Positions 32,826 to 41,570 of a stretch of DNA of 41,570 nt are shown here, one piece after another (positions within the stretch are counted from its first letter, which is position 1; the number at the start of each line of letters is the position of its first letter). This DNA comes from an uncultured Phascolarctobacterium sp. (lineage in GTDB: Bacteria; Bacillota; Negativicutes; Acidaminococcales; Acidaminococcaceae). The notes below the pieces were generated by a model. That model worked only from the letters and a program-made list of their open reading frames with translations. It was not told the DNA's origin and did not search any database. The DNA lies in assembly GCA_945949475.1 (NCBI GenBank), contig CAMFET010000001.1, positions 1-41,570 on the forward strand, written 5' to 3'. The translations under genes were made by a program, and so were the position numbers.

Positions 32826-35800
32826 AGTCACGGAAACAAGGGTAAAAATAACACTGACCGACGCAATGAGCGGACCTCTGCGCAAGATTGAGGGCGAGGC
32901 CAACTCTACAAACAAAGCTGTCGGCAATCTTGCCGGCAGTCTTAAAAGCTTTACCGCTGTTGGTGCTCAGATTGCTGCCGGCGCGTTTGGTTTTACAGCG
33001 CTTAGCGACAGCATTTCCAAGCTGGTGAGCGCTGGCCTGCAATTTAATAAGGCGATGGAGACAAACGCCATCGGTATGGCGGGCATCTTAACCTCTATGA
33101 CCACCCTCAACGGCAAAAACATGGAATGGAATCAGGCACTAAAGGCTTCTCAGGGAATTATCAAAGGTCTGAACGAGGATGCTCTGAAAACCGCAGCTAC
33201 ATCCGAGGAGCTTGTTGATACATTCCGTGCGCTGTTAGGCCCCGGCCTCGGTGCAGGCATGAAGATTGAAGAAATCCAGAAACTGACCACTACCGGCGTA
33301 AATGCTGTAAAATCCTTAGGCCTTAACGGACCTCAGCTCATACAGGAGCTGCGTGACCTCGTGCAGGGCGGTATCAGACCTGCGAGCAGCACTCTGGCAA
33401 CAGCCTTGGGCTTGACTGATGCTGATATCACGGCAGCCAAAAACAGCAGTGATGGCCTGTATAAATTTTTAATGGAGCGCTTGCAAGGATTTGGACGTGC
33501 GGCTAAAGAAACCCCTAAGACCATCGCCGGCATGGAAGATCAGTTAAAAGAGGGCCTCTCCCGCGCGATGAGCGTAGCCGTTGAGCCTGTACAGCAAAAG
33601 TACAAGGAGCTGATGCAGCAGGCATCGGGGGTGCTATTTAACAGCGACCTGAGCATCAATGAGGATTTGGCCAAAAATCTGCAGACGGCAGGCGAGCATA
33701 TCGCCAACATGGTCGATGATTTTAAGGCCATGGCTGATATCATTGCTCCTGTTGTTGTCCCTGCTGTCGAAGCGCTCGGAACAGCCTTAGGTGTTGTGCT
33801 GGATAATGCCGGCAAAATCACGGCAGCATTTGTTGCATGGAAAGCCTTTAAATTTACCCAGAATTTTAACACATCTCATTTTGCGCAATACGCTGCCAGC
33901 GCTCAGGCCACTTATCAAACCGAGATAGGTGCTGCACAGAGAGCTGCGCAGGTAGTGATGCAGGAGGAAAACAAAAAGCAGCGAGCGCTCAAAGAAACCC
34001 AAACTGTGCAAAACGCCTACTCCAAATTGATTGGGGATAATCAAGGTACGTTAGCTATCAAGCTTAAGATGGCTGCTCAATATTACGAGCGATTAGGCTT
34101 ATCCGCTCAGCAGGCAGCCAAGCTTCAATACCAAGCAGCACAAATGGCGCTGAAAGGCAATAGTGAGCTTACAGCCAAGGTCCTTGACCTGCAGGAACAA
34201 CATGTAGTCGCAGCCGATGCTGCCAAGCAGCAAAGCAATAAGCTGGCCAAGCTCACGGAATGGGCAGGTTATACCGGCGGTGCTCTTACTGCTGTGGGCA
34301 TTGTCCTGCAAAGCGTTACTGACGATACTGACAGCTGGGCATACAGCACAGGCCGTTATCTGACCATGGCGGGTATGGCTATTGAGGGCGTAAGCATGAT
34401 GATTACCGCTCTCAGCAAGCTACGTGATGCTTATAAGGAGGTAGCTGCTGCCAAAGCTGCAGCAGGGATGCTGTCTATTGGAGGTGCTGCCGTTGCTATC
34501 GGTGCTGGTGTAGGCGTTGCAGCCGCAGGCGCGTACGCTCTCACTCACGGCATCAGTTGGGATGAGGCCAAGAGGCGCTATTTTGGCAATCCCAACGCTG
34601 GCAAGAGCAGCGAGCCGGAAAAAGACAAGCCGCTTGATAACTCCATGCCGGATATTAGCTCAATCCAGCCTAAAGATTTTGGTGGCTGGGCTGATACCGG
34701 CAAAAGCAAAGGTGCTGCAGCTACGGCACGCCAAGCGGAACGTGCAGCGGAACGCGCAGCACAGAAGCTCCAGAAAGAGCTTGGCAACGTCCATGACCTG
34801 CAGGCAGAGCTTAATCGCAAAATCTTAGAGGATACCGCCGAAGCATCGGTCGTTGCTGCAGCTAAACTGGACGAAGAATTAACCAAAATGAAGTCAAAGC
34901 TCGAAAACGCTGCTAAGGCTGGTGTATCTGATGAGGAAATCCAGAAAGCTCAAAAGCTCATGGATACCTATGCTGAGGCTGAAAGACGTTTGGCCAATAA
35001 TGACCAGACAATCAAAGCTCATCAGCAGCGTATGGACATGATACAGGCTGAGCAGGATGCTCATCAGCTTACTGCTCAAGAGGCTGATAACCTGCGCCGT
35101 GAGGAGCTGACCAGCTATCAGGATAAGCTCCAGCAGATTTTAAGCAGCCAGCAGCTCAACACTGAGCAGCGTCTGCAGATTATGCAGGAGTATTCCAATG
35201 CCGTGCAGGATATGGAGAGCGCCACAGCCGCCGACTATAAAACGGCGTGGGAAGATGCTCTGGATTATATCCGGAACAAAACCTATGACCAGCGCGCAAC
35301 CATCCAGTCAGGCATCGACGATATCCTGGACAGCTTTACGAGCTTTGGCCAGAACATGTTGACCGAAAGCAAGTCAATCGGTGAGCGGTTTGACGATTTA
35401 TTTAAAAACCTCGCCAACAGCATCATGAATACCATGATGAAAGTTATCATGCAGGGCCTCATCATGAAATCAATCATGGGCATGTTTGGCATGGGCGGCA
35501 CATCCGGCGGCATCGGTGATGTTAAGATGTATACGGATATGTCGGGGTGGTCGCCTGTATCGTTCCACGCCAAAGGCGGCTTGGCCGATGGCTGGGCGGT
35601 AGTCGGCGAGCGTGGTCCTGAGCTGGTCAACTTCAGTCAGCCAGGCCGTGTCTATACGGCGGAGCAGACTGCTAAAGCTTTAAACAGCAACAGCAGCCCT
35701 AATAACGTAAAAGTTATCATTGAGAACAAATCTGGCCAGCAGGTCAAAGCTACATCCGCTAGCACGCGATTTAATCTCAAAGATATGGTTATCAATGTGG

Positions 35801-35865
35801 TGTTGGAGGCTGTCAGCAACAATGACGGTGGCATCAACAACATTTTGAAAGGAGCATTGGCATAA
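32818..35865 (+). CDS. Tape measure protein
   Basis: 1015 aa, Ala-rich and helical; C-terminal AKGG..VGERGPEL motif. Confidence 0.93.
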   Translation: MAKVTETRVKITLTDAMSGPLRKIEGEANSTNKAVGNLAGSLKSFTAVGAQIAAGAFGFTALSDSISKLVSAGLQFNKAMETNAIGMAGILTSMTTLNGKNMEWNQALKASQGIIKGLNEDALKTAATSEELVDTFRALLGPGLGAGMKIEEIQKLTTTGVNAVKSLGLNGPQLIQELRDLVQGGIRPASSTLATALGLTDADITAAKNSSDGLYKFLMERLQGFGRAAKETPKTIAGMEDQLKEGLSRAMSVAVEPVQQKYKELMQQASGVLFNSDLSINEDLAKNLQTAGEHIANMVDDFKAMADIIAPVVVPAVEALGTALGVVLDNAGKITAAFVAWKAFKFTQNFNTSHFAQYAASAQATYQTEIGAAQRAAQVVMQEENKKQRALKETQTVQNAYSKLIGDNQGTLAIKLKMAAQYYERLGLSAQQAAKLQYQAAQMALKGNSELTAKVLDLQEQHVVAADAAKQQSNKLAKLTEWAGYTGGALTAVGIVLQSVTDDTDSWAYSTGRYLTMAGMAIEGVSMMITALSKLRDAYKEVAAAKAAAGMLSIGGAAVAIGAGVGVAAAGAYALTHGISWDEAKRRYFGNPNAGKSSEPEKDKPLDNSMPDISSIQPKDFGGWADTGKSKGAAATARQAERAAERAAQKLQKELGNVHDLQAELNRKILEDTAEASVVAAAKLDEELTKMKSKLENAAKAGVSDEEIQKAQKLMDTYAEAERRLANNDQTIKAHQQRMDMIQAEQDAHQLTAQEADNLRREELTSYQDKLQQILSSQQLNTEQRLQIMQEYSNAVQDMESATAADYKTAWEDALDYIRNKTYDQRATIQSGIDDILDSFTSFGQNMLTESKSIGERFDDLFKNLANSIMNTMMKVIMQGLIMKSIMGMFGMGGTSGGIGDVKMYTDMSGWSPVSFHAKGGLADGWAVVGERGPELVNFSQPGRVYTAEQTAKALNSNSSPNNVKVIIENKSGQQVKATSASTRFNLKDMVINVVLEAVSNNDGGINNILKGALA

Positions 35866-35866
35866 T

Positions 35867-36220
35867 ATGGCAACAGCATTAACATGGCCGTCCTCTATAA
35901 TTGAGCCTGAGTATCCGCTGGTGGAAACGCCGGAGGATGCAGTTATCCGCTCCACGATGGAGGACGGCACAATAAAAACGCGGCCACGCTTTACGCGTAA
36001 CCGCATGACCTATGAGCTGAGCTGGTCCTCTATGCCGGAGGACCAGAAACAGGCTCTGGAAACATTTTTGAGGATTACCACCAAAAACGGATCTAAGATT
36101 TTTAACTGGACACATCCGTCCAGCGGAAAGCAAATTGAGGTCAGATTTAGCGAAATGCCTAAATTTAGCCTCAAAGTCAAAAGCTATTGGCAGGTAACAG
36201 TCAAGCTGCAGGAGGTGTAG
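35867..36220 (+). CDS. Distal tail protein (gpM-like)
   Basis: Follows the tape measure; RSTMEDG..R.R.T..FNWTHP. Confidence 0.72.
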   Translation: MATALTWPSSIIEPEYPLVETPEDAVIRSTMEDGTIKTRPRFTRNRMTYELSWSSMPEDQKQALETFLRITTKNGSKIFNWTHPSSGKQIEVRFSEMPKFSLKVKSYWQVTVKLQEV

Positions 36221-36223
36221 GCA

Positions 36224-36838
36224 ATGGGCGTAACATTATCAAGCGCAGCTGTCGCCTGCGCCAACAAGATTGACGGCGATGGTGCATATCTGGCGCTGCT
36301 GGAAATCATCATTCCGGGCGAGGCAGAGCATATCTATCTTGTCCGTAACAATGAGGATATCTATTGGCGTAATCAGCTGTGGCAGGCGTTTCCGTTTACC
36401 TTGTCTGACCGTAAGGACGATAACAAGGGCACGCTGTCTAACATCACCATTGATGTCGATAACAGCACCCGAGATTTAGAGTATTACCTCAACCAAGGCG
36501 GTGGCGGCGCTGGCAGCAAAGTTATCCTGCGCTGTGTGCGTAGTGATGATTTGACAGCAACGGAGCCTGACTTTGAGGAGTATTTTAGCGTCAAGTCGAC
36601 CACGGTTACCGAGAGCAAGGTGAGCTTTAGCCTAGGCAATGCGTACAGCACAAAGAGCCGCCGCCCGTGGCGCAGATATCTCAAAAACACCTGCCCATTT
36701 AAATATAAGGGTGTGCGCTGCGGCTGTACGAGCAGCCTAGCGACATGCAACCACACGTTAGCTGATTGCCGTGAGCGTGGTAACAGTAAGCGCTTTGGGG
36801 CATTCCCCGGTATCCCGCAAGGAGGCGTATATGTATGA
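36224..36838 (+). CDS. Minor tail protein (gpL-like)
   Basis: WQAFPF; C-terminal CPFKYKGVRCGC..C...LADC..FGAFPG. Confidence 0.82.
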   Translation: MGVTLSSAAVACANKIDGDGAYLALLEIIIPGEAEHIYLVRNNEDIYWRNQLWQAFPFTLSDRKDDNKGTLSNITIDVDNSTRDLEYYLNQGGGGAGSKVILRCVRSDDLTATEPDFEEYFSVKSTTVTESKVSFSLGNAYSTKSRRPWRRYLKNTCPFKYKGVRCGCTSSLATCNHTLADCRERGNSKRFGAFPGIPQGGVYV

Positions 36839-37245
36839 TTGATTATAGTGATTTGATTGGTACGCCGTTTGTGCAGGACGGCCGGAGCAAGGCAGGCTAT
36901 GACTGCTATGGTCTTACCAAGGAGATTTTTGCTAGATACGGCAAGGATATCGGCGAGTATTGGTGTTGTGTGGACGACAAAGCCAAAATCAACGCTATCT
37001 ATCGCGGTGCTGTTGCCAACGGCAGATGGCAGGAGGTTGATTATAAGCATGGTGAGCCGATACCTGTACCGGCGCTGGTAGGCCTGCGTTTTAACGCGCC
37101 GCCCGGCTGCGTCAACCATACCGGCGTTTACATCGGCGACGGCAAGTTTATCCATACACGTGAGCGCATCGGCGTGTGCGTCAGCTCCATCACGGCCCCG
37201 CCCTGGAATAAACAGGTAGTTGGCATTTACAAATTTATCGGTTAG
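36835..37245 (+). CDS. NlpC/P60 tail tip assembly protein (gpK-like)
   Basis: G.PF..GR..GYDCYGL..NHTGVYIGDGKFIH. Confidence 0.88.
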   Translation: MIDYSDLIGTPFVQDGRSKAGYDCYGLTKEIFARYGKDIGEYWCCVDDKAKINAIYRGAVANGRWQEVDYKHGEPIPVPALVGLRFNAPPGCVNHTGVYIGDGKFIHTRERIGVCVSSITAPPWNKQVVGIYKFIG

Positions 37246-37257
37246 GAGGTAGGTTAA

Positions 37258-40200
37258 GTGGTTAAAGTCATATTTGTAAAAAACCCGTTTAGCCCTGCCC
37301 GCGACCGCGTTATTAAGTTATCAGAGGCCGCAGACAGGCCTCTGAATTTTTATACTGAGGAGTTTACCAAGCAGCTCCCGAATCAGGAAGCGTGGATACA
37401 AATTGACGGCCGCAAGGTTGATGCTGTTGTTGAGGATATCAGCAAGCTACCTGTTAAACGTGATAGCGTGATTGTTGTTATGCCAAGGGTAGCTAAAGGC
37501 GGCAAATCCATCCTAGGCCTTATCGCTGTTATTGCTCTGTCTGTTGTGGCTATGGGTGTGGGCAATGTCATTGCCGGTGGTGCGTTTTTTGGTGGTACAG
37601 CAGCATGGACAGCTGCATCCTACATCGGCGCTGCAGCCGTCATGTTTTTAGGCAACAGCTTAGTAAGCCGCTTTTTTGCCCCAAAAATAGACGCTGGCAA
37701 ATACGGCGATAAAGAGGACCCGACCTACAGCTGGGCTGGCGTATGTACCATGGACGGCCAGGGCAATGGCATCTCCATTACCTACGGCAAGGTCAAGAGC
37801 GGCGGCCAATCTATCATGAAATTTACCAGTAATAACGGCAATGACCAGTATTTTAACTGGCTCGTTGCTGCAGGCGAGGGCGAACTCTCTATATCTGATA
37901 TCAAGCTCAACAGTAATCCCGTGGAAAACTATCAGGATGTTACTCTTGATGTACGCAGCGGTACCAACGATCAGGATGTTATCCAGAATTTTAATGACAC
38001 TATCCTGTCAAAATCGGTGGCCTATGAAATCGCCAACAAAGAGTGGCGCACCGACCAGCTGGAGGGCAACAGCACTGAGGGCATCATCATTGAGGTGGAA
38101 TGCCAAAATGGCCTATATCATGCCAACGATAACGGCTCTCTGGGCACAGCTTGGGTAGATATCCAGGCACAATATGCGCTTGTAGGCTCCGATGATTGGA
38201 CAACCTTTGTACAGGCAGGTAAATACGCTAAAAACAACGCGCTTGGAGCTGTTTTGGTTAATCCGGCTCGCAAAAACGACCGTTATAGAGTAATCATCTC
38301 GTCGGTATATAACGAGAGCAACGATGAGTACATTGATAACAAGATACGCGTACGTGTCAGAGACAAGGTGTTTGGCGGCAATGGCGAGAGCGTTATCCTT
38401 ACCAAAGGCGATACCGGCACGATTGATATCTATGGTTTTAGGTTTGACAAAGCCAAGCTGCTGGCTGCATCCAAGGGCTTATATACCATTGAAATGGCGG
38501 ACTCTGAAAACCGCATCAGCGGCGCTAAAGCTGGCAACGTCCGCCGTCAATTTAGGGTCGACCACCTACCTGCAGGGCAATATAAGGTGAGGGTAACGGT
38601 TACCGACCGCAGCGCCGATGTTAGCAGCAGCCGTGATGCCGTGCGTATCTGGTGGACGCAGCTCAACAGCGTTATCTATGATGATTTTTGTTATCCGGGT
38701 GTGGCTCTTTTAGGTATCAAAGCAAAGGCGACCGACCAGCTAAGCGGCGGTCAGCCACAGCTGGAATTTATCAAAGAGCGCTCTATTATCTATGCGTGGA
38801 ATCCTACCACGCAGGCCTATGAGACAAAGGCAGCCAATAACCCAGCGTGGGCAGCATATGATTTTATCCATGGAGCTGAGCGCCTCATGGATATCAATAA
38901 CCATGAGTATGTCTACGAGTATAAAGGCGTGCCCAAAGAATTGATGCTCTATGACCAATTTAAGCAATGGGCCGATAACTGCGACAGACTCAATCTCAAA
39001 ATCAATCTTGAGGTGACTACGCTCAAAGATTTTTGGACAATCGTTAACCAAGACATTGCCCCTGTTGGCCGCGGCATGGTTGTGCAGTTTGGCACAAAAT
39101 TTGGCTGTATCTATGACCACGCTACTCAGCCTGTGCAGCTTTTTACGATGGGAAACATTGTGCAGGGGAGCTTCAGTCTGTCCTACCTCTCGACTGATGA
39201 GAGGGCAGACAGCATCGAGTTGACCTATGTTGACGCGGAAAAGGAGTATGAAAAAACCACTCTCACAATTTACTCTGATGATTACGATACCATTGATATA
39301 CCCAACCAGCCTACGCAGATAGCTATGCATGGCATAACCAGCTATGAGCAGGCATACCGTGAGGGCAAATACCAGCTCTATTGTAATCGGTTATTGACCA
39401 AGACAATCAGCTTTAAAGCTGATGTCGAGGCAATCGGCTGCATGGTGGGTGATGTCATCCAAGTTGCCCATGATGTACCGCAATGGTCCATTTCCGGCCG
39501 CGTGCTGGAGGCGCTCGATGATGGCAGCGTTATCCTGCCTATTGATCCGGATGAGATTACCATGAGCGCTGACCAATACGCTCTCATGATACGCAGCAGC
39601 GAGGATAACACCCTGACCACCTACAGCTTAACGTCTTTGTCTGGCGCATACGGTGAGGTCAAGGCCGTGGCTGCCGGTAACAAAATCAACGCTGAGGATG
39701 GCGATTTGTTTAGCCTTGGCAAGGTTGAGAGCTTTGTCAAACCGTTTACTGTTACCGGCATTACTCGCAGCAAGGACCTGGAATATACCATAACAGCTAT
39801 CGAGTACGCCGACGGAATTTTTGACGAGAATTACACTATCCCGCCAAAAGACCCGACGTTGACCACCGACCCGGATGCCGTTGATGTTATCAACCTTGAT
39901 GCGTATCAGGTCGGCTGGAAAGATAAATCCGGCAGACAGATGAGCCGCCTCTATGTCAGTTGGACTTTACCGGAAGACGCTCAAGCAGATAGCTTTACTG
40001 TTCTGCTGTCCAAAGATACTGGCAGCACATGGAGCGTGCTGGGGACAACCACTAACATGACTATGGAGACGGATGTATCTGCGTACACCATCTACTATAT
40101 TAAGGTTGTCACCAATTACCGGATGAAACAGAGCAGCGGCGCTATCTGTGGCCCTATAGCTGAGGGAATTGATGTGCTGCCGCCAAACGTCACCAAGCTT

Positions 40201-41163
40201 GACGTTGAGGTGCTGCATAATGGTACACGTCGCTATTACTGGGATTTTGAATACCCGGAACCGAACGATATAGCCGGCTTTAGATTTAAATACATCCAAG
40301 GTGCTACTCCAAACTGGAATACCGGCTTTTTGGTGCAGGATGGTTTAATTACCGCCCAGCCGTACGAAACAGCTACGGTACGTCAGGGCGTGCATACAGT
40401 CATGATTAAGGCTGTTGACAATGCAGGGCAGGAGAGTGCAGGATTTGCACTTTGTGTAGTCAACTTCGGCGACCCGCTGGAAGATAACGTGTTATTTAAG
40501 ACGGACTTTAGTTTTGATAACTGGAGTGGTGTATCGACTAATGGCTCTATCTTGCTTGATGGCTCTATCCACAGCAAGCAGGACAGTACCCATTACATCA
40601 CCACTCAGACGTATTATTGGGACAAACCGGCATCTAATTTTTGGGGTTCCCTATCTTACAAAGATTTTCATGTAGAGGCAACGCTCACGGCCCCTGCATC
40701 CGGTAATTTTTATGTGCTGTACGATATCGTCAACGCAGCCAACATCCTGTATAAGGTGATTGACCGGGATAACATCTATAAACAATACTCGACCAAATTC
40801 AAGGTTAACGCTGGTGAGCGCATATCGTTAAGATTTGAGGCTCCGGCCGGTAGCGAGGAAACGGTGCTCAAGCAGCTCGTCGCTATTATTGACGTACCGG
40901 ACCGAGAAGAGCATTTTGAGGACATCGCTATACCTGCCGAGGGAATGGAGCTGCCGATAGTTACCCCTAACTATCAGACAACGGCCGTCAAGGTCGATTC
41001 TATCAGCAGCAATCTTAAGGGCATATATCAGCTCGATATCGTCAGCCGTACGCCATGTAAGATACGCTTTTACCGCATCAACAACGATGCTGGCTGGAGC
41101 CGTGACCCTGTGGCGGTAACGGCAGATGTGACATGGCAAGGCTTTGAAAAGGAGGTAATTTAA
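37258..41163 (+). CDS. Central tail tip protein (gpJ/TipJ-like, with a gpI-like N-terminus)
   Basis: 1301 aa; PRVAKGG plus a hydrophobic Gly/Ala stretch, YG.VKSGG, YPGVAL, NNPAW, VGDVI.V.HD, FN3-like repeats. Confidence 0.9.
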   Translation: MVKVIFVKNPFSPARDRVIKLSEAADRPLNFYTEEFTKQLPNQEAWIQIDGRKVDAVVEDISKLPVKRDSVIVVMPRVAKGGKSILGLIAVIALSVVAMGVGNVIAGGAFFGGTAAWTAASYIGAAAVMFLGNSLVSRFFAPKIDAGKYGDKEDPTYSWAGVCTMDGQGNGISITYGKVKSGGQSIMKFTSNNGNDQYFNWLVAAGEGELSISDIKLNSNPVENYQDVTLDVRSGTNDQDVIQNFNDTILSKSVAYEIANKEWRTDQLEGNSTEGIIIEVECQNGLYHANDNGSLGTAWVDIQAQYALVGSDDWTTFVQAGKYAKNNALGAVLVNPARKNDRYRVIISSVYNESNDEYIDNKIRVRVRDKVFGGNGESVILTKGDTGTIDIYGFRFDKAKLLAASKGLYTIEMADSENRISGAKAGNVRRQFRVDHLPAGQYKVRVTVTDRSADVSSSRDAVRIWWTQLNSVIYDDFCYPGVALLGIKAKATDQLSGGQPQLEFIKERSIIYAWNPTTQAYETKAANNPAWAAYDFIHGAERLMDINNHEYVYEYKGVPKELMLYDQFKQWADNCDRLNLKINLEVTTLKDFWTIVNQDIAPVGRGMVVQFGTKFGCIYDHATQPVQLFTMGNIVQGSFSLSYLSTDERADSIELTYVDAEKEYEKTTLTIYSDDYDTIDIPNQPTQIAMHGITSYEQAYREGKYQLYCNRLLTKTISFKADVEAIGCMVGDVIQVAHDVPQWSISGRVLEALDDGSVILPIDPDEITMSADQYALMIRSSEDNTLTTYSLTSLSGAYGEVKAVAAGNKINAEDGDLFSLGKVESFVKPFTVTGITRSKDLEYTITAIEYADGIFDENYTIPPKDPTLTTDPDAVDVINLDAYQVGWKDKSGRQMSRLYVSWTLPEDAQADSFTVLLSKDTGSTWSVLGTTTNMTMETDVSAYTIYYIKVVTNYRMKQSSGAICGPIAEGIDVLPPNVTKLDVEVLHNGTRRYYWDFEYPEPNDIAGFRFKYIQGATPNWNTGFLVQDGLITAQPYETATVRQGVHTVMIKAVDNAGQESAGFALCVVNFGDPLEDNVLFKTDFSFDNWSGVSTNGSILLDGSIHSKQDSTHYITTQTYYWDKPASNFWGSLSYKDFHVEATLTAPASGNFYVLYDIVNAANILYKVIDRDNIYKQYSTKFKVNAGERISLRFEAPAGSEETVLKQLVAIIDVPDREEHFEDIAIPAEGMELPIVTPNYQTTAVKVDSISSNLKGIYQLDIVSRTPCKIRFYRINNDAGWSRDPVAVTADVTWQGFEKEVI

Positions 41164-41570
41164 TGGCAGCAGGAGATATATTTGTTATGGATGAGCAGGA
41201 CGGCAAAACAGTCAATCGCATCGACAAAAAAGATACGTGGGAAGCTGTCAATCCTGTGCTCGGCGTCGGCGAAATTGGGATTGAGAAAGACGGAATGCTC
41301 AAAAACATCAAGATAGGCGATGGACAGACAGCTTGGAATGCGTTGGGCTACACGTTTAAGCAATGCCCTTACGAGGTAGGCGACATCTATATGACAACAA
41401 GCTCCGTCACTCCAGCTACACGATGGCCGGGGACGCAGTGGGAGGTGTTTGCCCCCGGACGTGTGCTGATTGGTGCTGGCACCGGCCAAGACAGCAGGGG
41501 TGAGAGCAAGACGTTTGAGGTTGGAGAGACCGGCGGCGAATATCAGCATCAACTCACTACGGGGGAATTA
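41163..41570 (+). CDS. Tail fibre/receptor-binding protein, 3'-truncated (Mtd_N-like domain followed by a collar/Gp10_C-like segment)
   Basis: Own translation: WEAVNPVLGVGEIGIEKD..KIGDGQTAWNAL, then YEVGDIYMT..WE..GRVLIGAG..GETGGEYQHQLTTGEL; the frame is open to the window end and absent from the ORF track. Confidence 0.85.
   Translation, partial: MAAGDIFVMDEQDGKTVNRIDKKDTWEAVNPVLGVGEIGIEKDGMLKNIKIGDGQTAWNALGYTFKQCPYEVGDIYMTTSSVTPATRWPGTQWEVFAPGRVLIGAGTGQDSRGESKTFEVGETGGEYQHQLTTGEL

Larger units (their letters stand above)
1..41570. mobile_element. Temperate siphophage genome, apparently the excised/circular form, linearised within the tail-fibre locus
   Basis: Lysis, lysogeny, replication, packaging, head and tail modules are all present, with no recognisable host genes. 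Lysis genes lead to the integrase without host DNA, and both ends fall in tail-fibre-type genes. Confidence 0.93.

Noticed and set aside
41163-41570. Diversity-generating retroelement suggested by the Mtd_N-like domain
   Set aside because: No reverse transcriptase, Avd or TR/VR pair is visible in the window. The missing segment cannot be assessed.
1-41570. Terminal direct repeats, tRNA genes, DNA methyltransferase or SSB genes
   Set aside because: None recognised by eye. The two ends do not overlap, so circularity is inferred from gene order only.

Overview
The window looks like an almost complete, host-free temperate siphophage genome (~41.6 kb), opened inside the tail-fibre region. Gene order: the last codons of a tail-fibre-associated gene; an oppositely oriented tyrosine recombinase; holin, amidase endolysin and two nested spanin-like genes; a self-contained accessory operon (acidic protein, Zn-finger protein, AP2 protein, HTH); a large serine integrase; a CI/Cro switch; recombination and replication genes; many small early ORFs; a RinA-like activator; lambda-like terminase and portal; a protease-capsid fusion; and a lambda-like tail, ending 136 codons into a tail-fibre gene. 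Firmicute-type regulation combined with spanin-like genes and a catalytic-domain-only endolysin suggests a diderm Firmicute (Negativicutes) host (inference). Main candidates: (1) an attP-shaped 56-bp dyad inside the serine integrase ORF, at the boundary between the integrase core and a tandem-HTH extension, so integration would rewrite the protein; (2) a probable tyrosine-recombinase tail-fibre shufflon whose variable part is missing at the contig break; (3) an acr/aca-like operon; (4) two antisense-RNA/attenuator-like leaders; (5) an unusual dual-frame spanin pair sharing one RBS; (6) an Acb2/Tad1-like sponge candidate. All family assignments come from motif recognition by eye; no searches were run.
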